The notes: a model not told the origin generated them from the letters alone. A stretch of DNA of 64,000 nucleotides from an uncultured Pseudomonadota bacterium (GCA_900320405.1 OOHM01000001.1:2843-66842), one strand, 5' to 3'; counted from the stretch's first letter, positions 25,265 through 36,325 are shown. Made by a program: numbers and translations.

Positions 25265-25816
25265 TTAAAAACTGTAATTCACAGATAAACCCGTAAAATT
25301 AAATCCGCGGTTTGTTTCGGTTAAATCGCCATTCGAGAAATGCAATGTGAAAAATTCCATTCTTAAAGATTCTGTAATATTTTTCCCAATAAAGAATTTT
25401 TCACCAAATACCAAACGGCTTGATACCCAACGGTCGTGATTATCGCGATAATATGGACCCAATCCGCCACCAATATACCAACCGTGCCAATTAAATAATG
25501 CCACATCCCAAGACAGTCCCACACCAAAAAACGACAAACCATCTGCAGAATGATACGCGATGTTTTGAATAACACTTGCATTCATACGCGCCGGGATTTT
25601 AAAGATAGTCATCGGTTGACTGTATGTGCCCATCATCATTGTCATCGGCACAAATTCCCAATCGCCGGGATATATCAACTTTAACAATGAACCCGAACCG
25701 ATACCGGGACCGCCAGAAATCGAAATAGAATTTTCGTGTCCATCACCAAACATCGGGTTTGCGTATGTTGCGCCAATCGCCATAATTGATAAAAACGAAA
25801 CAATAAACTTTTTCAT
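25265..25816 (-). CDS. Acyloxyacyl hydrolase/PagL-like outer-membrane beta-barrel
   Basis: Signal peptide, HFSNG..NRG motif, terminal YSF. Confidence 0.8.
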   Translation of the reverse strand: MKKFIVSFLSIMAIGATYANPMFGDGHENSISISGGPGIGSGSLLKLIYPGDWEFVPMTMMMGTYSQPMTIFKIPARMNASVIQNIAYHSADGLSFFGVGLSWDVALFNWHGWYIGGGLGPYYRDNHDRWVSSRLVFGEKFFIGKNITESLRMEFFTLHFSNGDLTETNRGFNFTGLSVNYSF

Positions 25817-25917
25817 ACCACGAATTATACACCCGGGTCGGTATATTCGCAATAAAATGTTGACGGCAATGGGATAAAAATCTATTATGAAATTGTACAA
25901 AACCAAAGGGGAAAAAT

Positions 25918-26370
25918 ATGAAACGAATATTTTCATTTAGTTTAATTGCGGCGGTTGCCGTGACAACGGCGGCGAATGCGGGTTGGCGTGATATGTTTGG
26001 CCTGAATAAAACATCGGAACCGCAAACATTGGCCGATGCGTGCAATACCGATGAAATCACAACAATTTGCCCAGAAATGATTATGGGTTCGAAAACGATG
26101 ATGGAATGTTTATCTGAAAATATTTCGTCATTGTCTTCAAAATGTGCGGGATATGTAAAAAAACAAATCAATGCCCAGGTTGAAGGTGTCGCAAAATCCG
26201 TTGAAGACACCAAGGCCGAAGTTGCCAATACGGTGGATTCAGCCAAGGCGGATGCTGCGACGATACGTGCCGATGGCGAAAACACTGTGGCCACCGTTGA
26301 TGCGGCCGCAAAACAAACCGGTGAAGGTGTTAAAGAAACCGGTGGATGGTTCCGAAATTTATTCAAATAA
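25918..26370 (+). CDS. Secreted protein with a four-Cys helical repeat
   Basis: Signal peptide; C..EI...C...MECL..N...LS.KC. Confidence 0.7.
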   Translation: MKRIFSFSLIAAVAVTTAANAGWRDMFGLNKTSEPQTLADACNTDEITTICPEMIMGSKTMMECLSENISSLSSKCAGYVKKQINAQVEGVAKSVEDTKAEVANTVDSAKADAATIRADGENTVATVDAAAKQTGEGVKETGGWFRNLFK

Positions 26371-26517
26371 AAAAACAACCCGCCGCGTGGCGGGTTTTCT
26401 TGTTTACACGCGCGCGTAAAAATGTTATAATAAATAAAACTTGGGTGAAATTTAAGGTCGGATTTCGCCACGAATGTGGTGTGTTTCGGGCGTTTCCGAA
26501 TATAATGGAGAGTGTTT

Positions 26518-28608
26518 ATGAAAAAACGTTATGTCGCAAATATGTGTAAAAATGCACTGGGGGCGGTATTGTTGTTAATGGGTGCATTTTTCGTATGTTC
26601 AACATTGTTGTCTATGCGTGTTGTGTTCGCGGATCCAATCGCGCCGGCAATTGACCCGGCGGTCACAATGGAACAAAACCAGACATCGCCACGCACCGGT
26701 CGTGCAAGCCCACGTGGCACAAATGCAATATCTGTGGCGCGTCCTACAACGGCGGCAACGACAAACGCGGGTGCATCGCGTGGTGTCACCGCACGCAAGG
26801 TTGCATCCCGGACAAATTCTGGCGCATCTGATACGGTTGCCCGTACAACAACGCGTAATGTTGTTGCGCGCACCGCCCGTACAACGACCGCAAATCGGTC
26901 TACAACACGTAATGTTCGTGCCCGCACGGGTGCGACACAATCACGCGTTGCATTGGAAGGTGAACCGACGCGTGGCACAAAAACAAAAATCAACAGCAGT
27001 TATTACACATATCTTTCGGGCAAATTGTATTCCGGAAATTATTCCAATATTATCGATTCAACAACGGGATTGATTTCTGCCGAGGCATACAGCAATTGTT
27101 TGGAATCATACTATACATGTATGGATGAAATATGTACAGCGCGTAATGCGGCGCAACGCCGTTGTGCGTGTGCCGGTCGTGTCAAAGCCTTTGCCGAGGC
27201 CGAAGATGCATTGGAATCTGCCAACGAAGAATTGATTAAAATATCTGGTGAATTGGCATTGCTGATTGCAAACAAGGGTAAAGAAGTTAGTGCCGCGTTC
27301 AGTCTTACCGATGCAGAAAAGGTTATGAACTGCGCATCCTGGCGCGAAGTTTCGCATATGGATACATCGGGTGCCGCCGGTACGGGCTGTGATGCGGACG
27401 CAATGAAAACCTGGTGCGAAAGCCACGGTGAATATACAAATTGTTCTTGCTCGGTTGCACCGTCATATTGTACAAACGAAAGCGTTTACGGGTTCAAGGT
27501 TCAAGATCTTGATGGTGCGGGTTCCGATATTTTGGCGTCTTTGGCAAATTGGGCAGACACAGTCAAAACGAATGTTGATACAATCTTGACCAATAATGAT
27601 GATTCTGTGTTCAGTGCCATTTCAACATTGACCGGCGTAATAAATGGTATCACCGGTTCTGCGTCATCATTATATGCGGATGAAACCAAAGATACATTGG
27701 CGGAAACATGGGGGTACGATTTGTTCCGCTATGCGCATAATAATGTATGCGCACGCGTATTGGATTCGTGCTTTAATGGTATATATGAAGGTTGCGGTAC
27801 GCCACCGACCGGTGGACGCTGTGCGAACGGCGCAACATCGTCTTGTCCGTTTAATTATAACAGCAAGGTTGAAATATCATCCTCTGGTGATGTGACATTG
27901 AACGAACGCAGCACCGCCGGTGCGAATGCATCTGCATCGTGCTTTGGTTATTCGACATCTTCGGGTGACCCATATTCGTCTTTACGTGGCCCGGTTGCCG
28001 ATGCACGTCGGTCTGTGATGCAGAAATATTTGTTGGATGCGAACGCAGATTGCGACCTGTATGGCGAACAATTGAAAACAACCGCACAAAAGATTGCGTA
28101 TCAAAAGGTTGCCGCACAACAGGCGTTGCAACAGAAGCGTTTGGAATTCTATAACGAAGAACGCGATACGATTTTGAATAACGCGGTCGCCGCCGGTACG
28201 AACTTTAATGAATGTATCAGCGAATTGTGGGATTGTTATGAAACCCAGGCATCTGCGAACGAAACATGGTCAACGGCGCGTATTAAAACATATTGTGCCC
28301 AGATTGCAAATTCTCCGCATTGCTATCAAGATATGATTTGCACACCGTCTGTGGCCCAGTTCAAGGCGATTATTGACTTGGCAGATAGTACCTCTTGCCA
28401 ATGGCACGCCAGTGATTATACAAAAAATACTTGTCGCAACGTTGTGACACTTAATGAAATTTTAAGTTCTAATGGTGCAAGTTCCACGGCCACAAACCCA
28501 AGCGGGACCGAAACGACCGGTAATTCGGCGGCATTCCGTGAACAGTGTCTGCGTGATACTTTGGGTTGCCCAGGCGAGGGTTGTATTCGCGAATGGCGCC
28601 GCAACTAA
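26518..28608 (+). CDS. Large cysteine-rich secreted protein
   Basis: Arg/Thr-rich linker then CLESYYTCMDEIC..RRCAC; paralog of 30345. Confidence 0.8.
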   Translation: MKKRYVANMCKNALGAVLLLMGAFFVCSTLLSMRVVFADPIAPAIDPAVTMEQNQTSPRTGRASPRGTNAISVARPTTAATTNAGASRGVTARKVASRTNSGASDTVARTTTRNVVARTARTTTANRSTTRNVRARTGATQSRVALEGEPTRGTKTKINSSYYTYLSGKLYSGNYSNIIDSTTGLISAEAYSNCLESYYTCMDEICTARNAAQRRCACAGRVKAFAEAEDALESANEELIKISGELALLIANKGKEVSAAFSLTDAEKVMNCASWREVSHMDTSGAAGTGCDADAMKTWCESHGEYTNCSCSVAPSYCTNESVYGFKVQDLDGAGSDILASLANWADTVKTNVDTILTNNDDSVFSAISTLTGVINGITGSASSLYADETKDTLAETWGYDLFRYAHNNVCARVLDSCFNGIYEGCGTPPTGGRCANGATSSCPFNYNSKVEISSSGDVTLNERSTAGANASASCFGYSTSSGDPYSSLRGPVADARRSVMQKYLLDANADCDLYGEQLKTTAQKIAYQKVAAQQALQQKRLEFYNEERDTILNNAVAAGTNFNECISELWDCYETQASANETWSTARIKTYCAQIANSPHCYQDMICTPSVAQFKAIIDLADSTSCQWHASDYTKNTCRNVVTLNEILSSNGASSTATNPSGTETTGNSAAFREQCLRDTLGCPGEGCIREWRRN

Positions 28609-28774
28609 GCATTGGGTGCAAAAATTGAAATCGGGGTTCGCCCCGATTTTTTGTCTTTCGAATATGGTTCTGCATAAAATTTTATGCAAAATGCTTGACT
28701 TTTGATAAAAAAAGCATATTATTTGCATAAACTTTTGAACAAAAGTTAAAAAATAACCATAAAAGGATTTGAAT

Positions 28775-29074
28775 ATGAGCGACTTTGCAATCTTTCAAAC
28801 CGGCGGAAAGCAGTATCGTGTTAAAACCGGTGATGTTATCAAGGTTGAAAAACTGGATGCGGATGGCGACGTCACTTTTGACCATGTTTTGATGATTGGC
28901 GACCGCGTTGGTACGCCGACCATTGACGGGGCAAAAATTGTCGCGACTGTCGTTGAACAAAAACGCGGGGACAAGGTTTTGGTGTTCAAGAAAAAACGCC
29001 GTCAAAACTATCGTCGTACACGCGGTCATCGTCAGTTTATTACCGTGTTGAAAATCAAGGAAATCGTGGGTTAA
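28775..29074 (+). CDS. rplU: 50S ribosomal protein L21
   Basis: [24 protein letters not shown]. Confidence 0.97.
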   Translation: MSDFAIFQTGGKQYRVKTGDVIKVEKLDADGDVTFDHVLMIGDRVGTPTIDGAKIVATVVEQKRGDKVLVFKKKRRQNYRRTRGHRQFITVLKIKEIVG

Positions 29075-29099
29075 TCCCCGGAATTAAAGGAGTTTAATT

Positions 29100-29366
29100 A
29101 TGGCACATAAGAAAGGTGGTGCGAGTACAGCAAATGGACGCGATTCTGCGGGACGCAGATTGGGCGTTAAAAAATCTGGTGGCGCACGCGTGATTCCGGG
29201 TAATATCATTATTCGTCAACGCGGAACCGCCGTTCATCCGGGCGAAAACGTTGGTATGGGCAAAGACCATACAATATTTGCGAAAATCGCCGGCGTGGTG
29301 AAATTCAAACGTGGATTCCGTGACCGCAAAACTGTTTCGGTTATTCCGGAAGAAACCGCAAAATAA
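29100..29366 (+). CDS. rpmA: 50S ribosomal protein L27
   Basis: [21 protein letters not shown]. Confidence 0.97.
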   Translation: MAHKKGGASTANGRDSAGRRLGVKKSGGARVIPGNIIIRQRGTAVHPGENVGMGKDHTIFAKIAGVVKFKRGFRDRKTVSVIPEETAK

Positions 29367-29473
29367 AAATGCCCTTTGGGGCATTTTTTTAGTGGCGAAT
29401 CTCCTTTTTGTGAAAGAATGGGGCAACGAAAGTTGGTGGGGTAGTTATAAAAAAGGCACATCGCGCCGTTTTT

Positions 29474-29932
29474 TTAATTTTTATTCCACAGCCAACAATT
29501 TTCATCGGTATGTGTTGCATTGTATGTTGTTGCTCCGTCTGGCCATCCGGCACAGGACATTTTATTTTCTGTCAGCTCAAGAGCTTCATTTATTTTATAA
29601 TCCACTAGGCCAAGTGTTGGAATGATCTTATCGTAATCGCTATCATTTACACCATTGATTGCTTGTTCTTCTGATGTTGCCCATACGCCAAAATAATTAC
29701 CTGTTATACCACCATTGTTTGAGTCATAACTGACCAAAGCAGGCAAACTTGCTACATTTGTTCCGCCATGTTTATCGGCAACTTCTATTTCCACCATATC
29801 GGTATCAATTAAATCTTGTTTCAATGCGTCCGCTGCATCCACATAGTCCCGCGATGTGACGGTCGCGCTTGTTGCGTATGCGCCGGTTGCCAAAACGGAT
29901 GCGATTACACTGAATAATAAAGTTTTGCTCAT
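29474..29932 (-). CDS. Secreted VTSxxYVD-family protein
   Basis: Signal peptide, ATVTSRDYVDAADALKQD, C-terminal CAGW..ENCWLW. Confidence 0.8.
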   Translation of the reverse strand: MSKTLLFSVIASVLATGAYATSATVTSRDYVDAADALKQDLIDTDMVEIEVADKHGGTNVASLPALVSYDSNNGGITGNYFGVWATSEEQAINGVNDSDYDKIIPTLGLVDYKINEALELTENKMSCAGWPDGATTYNATHTDENCWLWNKN

Positions 29933-29960
29933 AATATTCCCCTCTTTGTTTCAAATAAAT

Positions 29961-30171
29961 AACCGTCAATGAAAATGACGGTCGGGGTGTTAACAGAATC
30001 ATACGAAACAATGACCCATTGACCTTCAATATATAATCAATGGCACCCCGACCCGTGTCGGGGAACTAATCATCACGGCACAAAATATGCGAAACTTATG
30101 GATTACGACATATTCGTGCCGGTTTCGTACAAGGCCTGTTAAAGCCCCGAACCAAATTCCCATCTGGCTCA
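29961..30171 (-). ncRNA. Candidate structured leader RNA, copy 1, ending in a terminator-like hairpin
   Basis: Multistem fold conserved with covariation in 58645..58855; TTGTTT-17-TAGAAT promoter directly upstream. Confidence 0.65.
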
Positions 30172-30344
30172 CTTTATATTCTAATCAAAACCCGGTATTT
30201 AAACAAGTAAAAAAATTAATGGTTAGTGGTTTTTGGAATGTTTTATAATAGTTAAATTCATTTTTTACTAACCAGTACTCACTAACACTAACCACTAATT
30301 TCTCTTTTTTCTTGCGCATATTTATGATATAATTACCCCTAAGG

Positions 30345-32984
30345 ATGAAGGGTTTTAAATTTGGGTTTTTGGTTGCGTTAACTGCGCTGCCTGCTTTGGC
30401 GGCGGGTGGTGTGTCACGCATAATTCCCGGAACAGATATTGAAACCAAACCGACGGTGGATGCCACATTGCGCAACGATGTGGAAAATTCTACCGGTGCG
30501 GTGATACGGTCGACAACCGCGCGTGGTGCGCAGACGGAAAATCAGACGCGTACCGCGGTGACGCGTAATACTTCACGTACCGTGGCCCCAGAAATTCCGG
30601 AACAAACGCGCACTGCAAATCGTTCTGCGGCGGTGTCGCGTTCACAAACAAATACCGATGCGCGCAGCACCCTGGAATCCACTCTGCGCACCAGTGGCCG
30701 TTCAACCCGGACCGATGCCGCCAGTATAAATTCAAATCCGGCGGTTCGTCGTATGGGATTAACTTTGCGCCCCAGCACGGCCGAGGTTGGTGGTCGTGCA
30801 ACAATGGAATCTGGTGCCCAGACCGGTTCAAATATGGCGTCGGAAATTCGCAATTTGCAATCTTCACGTATCGCGACGATAAAAACGCGCGACAATACAA
30901 AATTGGACCCGGCCGCCATTGCCGATGCCAAAGATCGTTTAGAACAAACGGCGGCGTTGAATAAATCTTGCCAAGAACAATACAATGATTGTATGGATCA
31001 ATTCTGTGCCGTTATTGACGCAAACCAAAAACGTTGTTCTTGTTCATCTAATTTGTCCAAGTATGCCAAGGTTGAAAAGGCGGTAAAAGATGCCAACGCC
31101 GAATTAAATTCGGTTGCACAAAATATTCGATATGTCGGTTTGTCTGCGGATGAAATATCGGCAATTATGTCCGCGACCGAGGCCGAAGAGGCGATGACCG
31201 GCAAAACCGATACAACCGAAAATCGCACTTTGTTGGCACAAATCGAACAAATGATAAAGGATCCCACAACGACATCGTCTTCTTCGTTTTCGACCGATTC
31301 ATTTGGTTTGTTGGATATAGATTTGGATTTTTCGTCTTCGGAATTAAACGATTTGTTCACTTTGGATTTTCTGACAAATGGTAACAGCACATTTTCAAAC
31401 CTGCGTGGTGCGGATTTGTATAATGCCGCAAAAAAGCGTTGCAACACCATCATAACCCAATGCAAAGAGGTTGGTGCCACGGCGCAACAAATCACCGGGA
31501 ATTATGATTTGGCGATTGATAAAGATTGTATCGCATATGAACAGGGCCTGACCAAGATGAACGAAACATTGGTGTCCAATGTTCGCAGTGCCACGCGTAT
31601 GTTGCAAAAGGCGCGTCTTGCGGTGTTGCAAAACCAAAACACGTACGATGCGCGCGGTTGTGTTAGTGCACTGGAAACATGTATGACCGATGAAATGGTT
31701 TGCGGTGAAGATTATAAAAAATGCCTTGACCCGACCAAGAAATTCATTGATGAAAATGGTAATGTTGTGTTGGGTAAAAATGTAAATTATATCCAATTGT
31801 TTATGACTAAATATAGCAACGCCGGTGTTGACCGCACATATTTGTCGTCTGCATATAACACGGGAATATCGGACGCCGATTGTGCGGGTCGGTATAACGA
31901 TGGGCGTTGTGTTGTAAAATACTTGTTGACCAAAATTGGCACGGCACGAAAGGCGACCGATGAAGGTCTGTGTCGGCCTGTGTTGGATAAATGTCGCGCA
32001 TACACATACGATACGCGCGGAAATTACAATGCATATAACGATATTGTTGTGAACTATATTCAACGTGCGATGGTTAATATCAAGGCCGCCCAGTATCAAA
32101 TAGTTTCAGATTATGCATCAACGTGTTTAAGTGATATCGCCACATGTTATAATAACCAGGTTTCACAATTGACATCTTGGTCGGCAACCGCGGCGGCATC
32201 CAGTGTTTACAACATTATGCGTGGTGCGTGCCGCAATGTTGCGTTGACATGCGGATATGCGGTATTCGCCGCCGATCAAACCAGTTGCCCAACCGGCGAC
32301 AACACCGCCGATCAAAACAGCTGTATAGAAAGTATTTCCGAAATATTCTATCAATCGTTATTGTGCCCGGATAATTCGGTGTATGTTGGTGGAAATCATA
32401 CGATATCTGCAAATAACACTGTGGGTGGATATGTGAATCCTTTGTGTCAATGTAAAGATGACTTTACGGTGTTTAATGGTTCGTGCCTGGCGGTATGTGA
32501 TAACGGCGGTATATACCTGGCCAACGGCGCGTGCAGTACGGTTGCCTGTCCGGCCGATGCGGTCGAAGCCAGTGGCGACGAAGTCGAATTCTGGGGACAT
32601 TGCAAGTGCAGAAATACATCGTTCCATTGGTTCCCACTGTTACAGGCGTGCAAGACATGCCCAGATAATTCAGAATATATTGCCACCGCAACCAGTGGCA
32701 CACCAAATGCAATACGTTACTATAACTATCAATGCGTGTGTAACGATGGGGCTGAGGATAATCCGTTCTTTGTGCTTAATAATCGTTCGTGTGCCCAATG
32801 TCCGGACGGTTCAACCTATAACACAAATTACCCAACATCTGGGGCGCGTTGCAACTGTACTAACCCTGCGGCGCCATATTATTGCGCGACGAATAATCGT
32901 TGTTTGGCAAGTTCGGGTGCGTGCCCTGTTCCAATTGGTGGTGGTGGTACCGCGAATGAACAAACAAACGTCAATGACAGATAA
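30345..32984 (+). CDS. Large cysteine-rich secreted protein with EGF/furin-like C-terminal repeats
   Basis: Signal peptide, CQEQYNDCMDQFC..KRCSC, repeated CPDNS/CPDGS..CxC. Confidence 0.8.
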   Translation: MKGFKFGFLVALTALPALAAGGVSRIIPGTDIETKPTVDATLRNDVENSTGAVIRSTTARGAQTENQTRTAVTRNTSRTVAPEIPEQTRTANRSAAVSRSQTNTDARSTLESTLRTSGRSTRTDAASINSNPAVRRMGLTLRPSTAEVGGRATMESGAQTGSNMASEIRNLQSSRIATIKTRDNTKLDPAAIADAKDRLEQTAALNKSCQEQYNDCMDQFCAVIDANQKRCSCSSNLSKYAKVEKAVKDANAELNSVAQNIRYVGLSADEISAIMSATEAEEAMTGKTDTTENRTLLAQIEQMIKDPTTTSSSSFSTDSFGLLDIDLDFSSSELNDLFTLDFLTNGNSTFSNLRGADLYNAAKKRCNTIITQCKEVGATAQQITGNYDLAIDKDCIAYEQGLTKMNETLVSNVRSATRMLQKARLAVLQNQNTYDARGCVSALETCMTDEMVCGEDYKKCLDPTKKFIDENGNVVLGKNVNYIQLFMTKYSNAGVDRTYLSSAYNTGISDADCAGRYNDGRCVVKYLLTKIGTARKATDEGLCRPVLDKCRAYTYDTRGNYNAYNDIVVNYIQRAMVNIKAAQYQIVSDYASTCLSDIATCYNNQVSQLTSWSATAAASSVYNIMRGACRNVALTCGYAVFAADQTSCPTGDNTADQNSCIESISEIFYQSLLCPDNSVYVGGNHTISANNTVGGYVNPLCQCKDDFTVFNGSCLAVCDNGGIYLANGACSTVACPADAVEASGDEVEFWGHCKCRNTSFHWFPLLQACKTCPDNSEYIATATSGTPNAIRYYNYQCVCNDGAEDNPFFVLNNRSCAQCPDGSTYNTNYPTSGARCNCTNPAAPYYCATNNRCLASSGACPVPIGGGGTANEQTNVNDR

Positions 32985-33029
32985 AATTGTCCATTTGTTG
33001 GTGTTGGAAATTTTATAAATCCGGAATTA

Positions 33030-33275
33030 TTACCTTTTCTGTGAATTTGTGTCCGGCATGAATTTCACAAATTCACTCATCGTTGTTCCTGTGGCATTTA
33101 ATACTTTGGCAATGCTGTATGTAGATGGCCAACGCGGTTGGCCATATTTACTGAACCGTTTACTTTTATTAAATGTTGTTGCGTCCAGACCTGCAAACTT
33201 GGCCAATCCTGAACAAGACATATTTTTTGAAGCCGCCAATTTAACAATTGCCCGCCACAGTTCATCGTGTGTCAT
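33030..33275 (-). CDS. HTH regulator (N-terminal domain of alphaproteobacterial HTH-S24 repressors, no peptidase domain)
   Basis: H..LW.AI..LA..SGLAK.AGLD.TTFNKSKR..G..RWPST.SIAKVL. Confidence 0.85.
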   Translation of the reverse strand: MTHDELWRAIVKLAASKNMSCSGLAKFAGLDATTFNKSKRFSKYGQPRWPSTYSIAKVLNATGTTMSEFVKFMPDTNSQKR

Positions 33276-33659
33276 ACTTATTCCCGCCCCGGTGGCAAAA
33301 ACGAACTGTTGAAAAAATCCTAGAATATGGTATAATCACAATGCGTCAAAAAGGAGTTATATATGTTTACAATTATATTTTTAATCTTGAAATTAACAAA
33401 GACAGTCTCTTGGTCATGGTGGTGGATTGTATTAGCGTTGTTATTGGATGGTGGTTTCTTTGGTCGCATTTTGTAATAGCAATCAAAAAACAGAAACACG
33501 CACCCAATCGGGTGCGTGTTTTTATTTTGGTGGGAGTGGGTGCGCCTCGATACACAATAATCAAAATTAAAAAATTTATTTCTAATAAATTTTTAAAATT
33601 TTTCTAATTGTTTATCTGCGTATTCGCTCGGTACTGCGTGCCTGCGCGGCAACCGCAAC

Positions 33660-33911
33660 GATTCCAGTGCGCTGTCGTTTATAAATATGCCAATTTTACA
33701 GCGCGCAGATGAAATCCGCAGTCCTGTATTGGTGGTTCACGGGGAAATCGCGCACAGCCGGTATTTCAGTGAAGATGCATTCAAAAAATTAAAGGGCGAT
33801 AATAAAGAATTGATGATAATCCCGGGCGCGAATCATACAGACCTGTACGACAATATGACCAAGATACCATTTGATAAAATGGAACACTTCTTTAAGACGA
33901 ATTTGAGATAA
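33660..33911 (+). pseudogene. C-terminal fragment of an alpha/beta hydrolase
   Basis: SALSFINMPIL..VHGEIAHSRYFSE..PGANHTDLYD; N-terminal catalytic part absent. Confidence 0.75.
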
Positions 33912-33967
33912 TAGTTTGAAATAATAGTATTTTTGTGGTAAAATCGACCAATAAAAGGAGATAAAAA

Positions 33968-34936
33968 ATGGGCAAAAAAATACAAGATATAAAAAAATAT
34001 GTATCCGATTTACTTGCCAATGGAAAGCAAGTCGAATATTACGCTAAAACTGCGCGCATTTCTGCAAGACCCGGGGTTGTCGGTGAAAAAATTGTAACCA
34101 CATTGGCCAATGGCCATCAAGAAACGATTAATGTTGCCAAGGCTGGTGATATGGTTGCGACAAATCCTGGGGGCGAACAATATGTTATCAGTGCCGAAAC
34201 ATTCAAGAAAAAATATGAAATTGACCCAAATAATCCAAAGGTTTATCGACCAAAAGGTGGTGCCCAACAATTTTTAAGATTGGACGAAGATATTGATTTC
34301 GTTGCACCGTGGGGTGAAGATATGCATATGAAATCCGGCGACTTTATTAATGTGACAGACCGTGAAAAGGGTGATATTTACGGTATTGGTCAAAAAGAAT
34401 TTTTTGAAACATATGGTCAATGCAGCCCAGACGGCAAATTGTTACCAAAAACGAAAAACTTGCCAGGTATTAAATACAACGCACCAGCTGGCCCTATGTT
34501 AAATGCAATTACAAAAATGGTGGATATTGCAAACAAAGAAAATTCTTTTGTGTATGAATCACTTAATGATACATTGATTGTTGTGGAGCCAGGGATGTCC
34601 GTTGATGACGCAATGAACCTTTTGCATGAAATCCGCTCGGGTAAAAAGAAAATAATTTTCTATGATGCTATACTGGATTATCTAGCCGCGCGCGATGTGA
34701 GGTATGTAGCCAATATTATTGAAGGAATGGCCCAGGATAATGATATTGTCATATCAAAGTTACAGGGAACTGTTTTTAGGGCGTTTAAAGGTATGAGTGC
34801 CGAAGATGTGCTTAACGCATTTGAAGCTGTTAAAAAAATTGAAGAGTTAAGATTTGCATCACAAAAATTGCAAAAAGATCAAAAACCGGATGCACTGGCT
34901 GCGCAATATTTACAAAATCAAAATGATAACAGATAA
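33968..34936 (+). CDS. Hypothetical protein with PGDYG-like N-terminal domain
   Basis: AGDMVATNPGGEQYVI..F.KKY and APWGE..SGDFI..IYGI..FFETY duplicated pattern; AGGAG RBS. Confidence 0.7.
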   Translation: MGKKIQDIKKYVSDLLANGKQVEYYAKTARISARPGVVGEKIVTTLANGHQETINVAKAGDMVATNPGGEQYVISAETFKKKYEIDPNNPKVYRPKGGAQQFLRLDEDIDFVAPWGEDMHMKSGDFINVTDREKGDIYGIGQKEFFETYGQCSPDGKLLPKTKNLPGIKYNAPAGPMLNAITKMVDIANKENSFVYESLNDTLIVVEPGMSVDDAMNLLHEIRSGKKKIIFYDAILDYLAARDVRYVANIIEGMAQDNDIVISKLQGTVFRAFKGMSAEDVLNAFEAVKKIEELRFASQKLQKDQKPDALAAQYLQNQNDNR

Positions 34937-35038
34937 GACTGTATTGTTAAATCATTGTATGCAACAAAATCTTGCAAAACGCCCCCTTGTTTTTCGGTCT
35001 GGTTGTTGTATGTGTAAACCCAGAAAAGGAACCCGAAT

Positions 35039-36325
35039 ATGAAATTTAACCCGACAATGCATAAGTTATCAAACGGGATAACCGTAATATTGGACCCAAT
35101 GGATGTCGCCACCGTTGAATTGAATATTTGTTTCCGTACCGGCAGTGGTGATGAGCAACCGAACGAATACGGTATCACACATTTTTGTGAACATATGTTC
35201 GATAAAGGAACATCGAGTTTTCCGACTGTGCGTGCAGGTGATGATTATATTGCCGAACATGGTGGTTATACAAATGCGGCGACCGCGATAGATTATTTAA
35301 GATTTACCGGTCGTATAGTTGCAAAAAATTTGATGGTATTGTTGGATTTTTGGGCGGATAAATTAAAAAATGCGGTATTTGATGAAGATGTAATTGAAAA
35401 TGAACGCGGTGTTATTTTGGATGAATTGCGTCGTCGGTTGTCCGATAATGAAATCAAAGCCCAAAAGTTCACATATGAAAAATTACTTGGATTAAATGTG
35501 CCAAATGGTAAAGTCATACTTGGTTGTCCCGACACTATAAAACGTTTTAAACATGGTGATTTTGTGAATTTTGTATCAAAACGTTTGTCGGCAAAGAACT
35601 GTTTAATATGCATTTCTGGAAAAATTGAAAACAAAAAAAAGTTATTAAAAGATTTGGAGAAATTATTTGATTTTTTACCGACACATAATGTTAGAAATCA
35701 CAATCCTTTGAATTATAAACCAAGTTTTGCTCACAATTATATACCCGATACAGAAAACGTTGTTATTGAATTTCTGTTTCCGGTTTTGTGGAATTATCAA
35801 TCAGCGAATTTTTATAAAAAGGACTCGTGTGTAGCAAAATTTGAAAGTTATTTGCGTGAAAAACTGTTTGATATACTGCGAACCGAAAATGGTTTAACTT
35901 ACAGTGTTTATAAAACCGGACATGGTTATGGTAAAACACGGTTAAACGGTTTTGAAACAGAAACATCGCCGGAAAATGTTGCGCGTGTTGTTGAACTTGT
36001 TGCCCGGACCGCATTCAATGTTTATACCAAAGATTTGCCGACAGAAGATTATTTGCGCAGACATACAAAAAAATTACAACTGGGGCGGGCAAATTTCTTG
36101 GAATCTAATTTCAGTCGTTGCGACCAACTGGTTATGGATTGGTTGCATTTCAACAGTTTACATAACTTTTATGAACAATGCCGATTATCGGATTCTATCA
36201 CACAAAAAGATGTATTCAAATACACACGTGGATATTTTAATGGCCCAATGTCAATAATCACGCACGGACCAAAATTCAACGGCAATGTAAAACAAATTTG
36301 GAATAAGAATTTTATGATAAATTAA
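35039..36325 (+). CDS. M16 (pitrilysin) family metallopeptidase
   Basis: HFCEHM inverted zinc motif, NAAT, LRTENGLTYSV. Confidence 0.88.
   Translation: MKFNPTMHKLSNGITVILDPMDVATVELNICFRTGSGDEQPNEYGITHFCEHMFDKGTSSFPTVRAGDDYIAEHGGYTNAATAIDYLRFTGRIVAKNLMVLLDFWADKLKNAVFDEDVIENERGVILDELRRRLSDNEIKAQKFTYEKLLGLNVPNGKVILGCPDTIKRFKHGDFVNFVSKRLSAKNCLICISGKIENKKKLLKDLEKLFDFLPTHNVRNHNPLNYKPSFAHNYIPDTENVVIEFLFPVLWNYQSANFYKKDSCVAKFESYLREKLFDILRTENGLTYSVYKTGHGYGKTRLNGFETETSPENVARVVELVARTAFNVYTKDLPTEDYLRRHTKKLQLGRANFLESNFSRCDQLVMDWLHFNSLHNFYEQCRLSDSITQKDVFKYTRGYFNGPMSIITHGPKFNGNVKQIWNKNFMIN

Noticed and set aside
29980-30150. Possible 6S RNA or c4 antisense RNA
   Set aside because: Multibranch rather than rod-with-bubble fold, two copies each in a 5' leader, and no recognisable c4 motifs; an Rfam scan is still needed to exclude these formally
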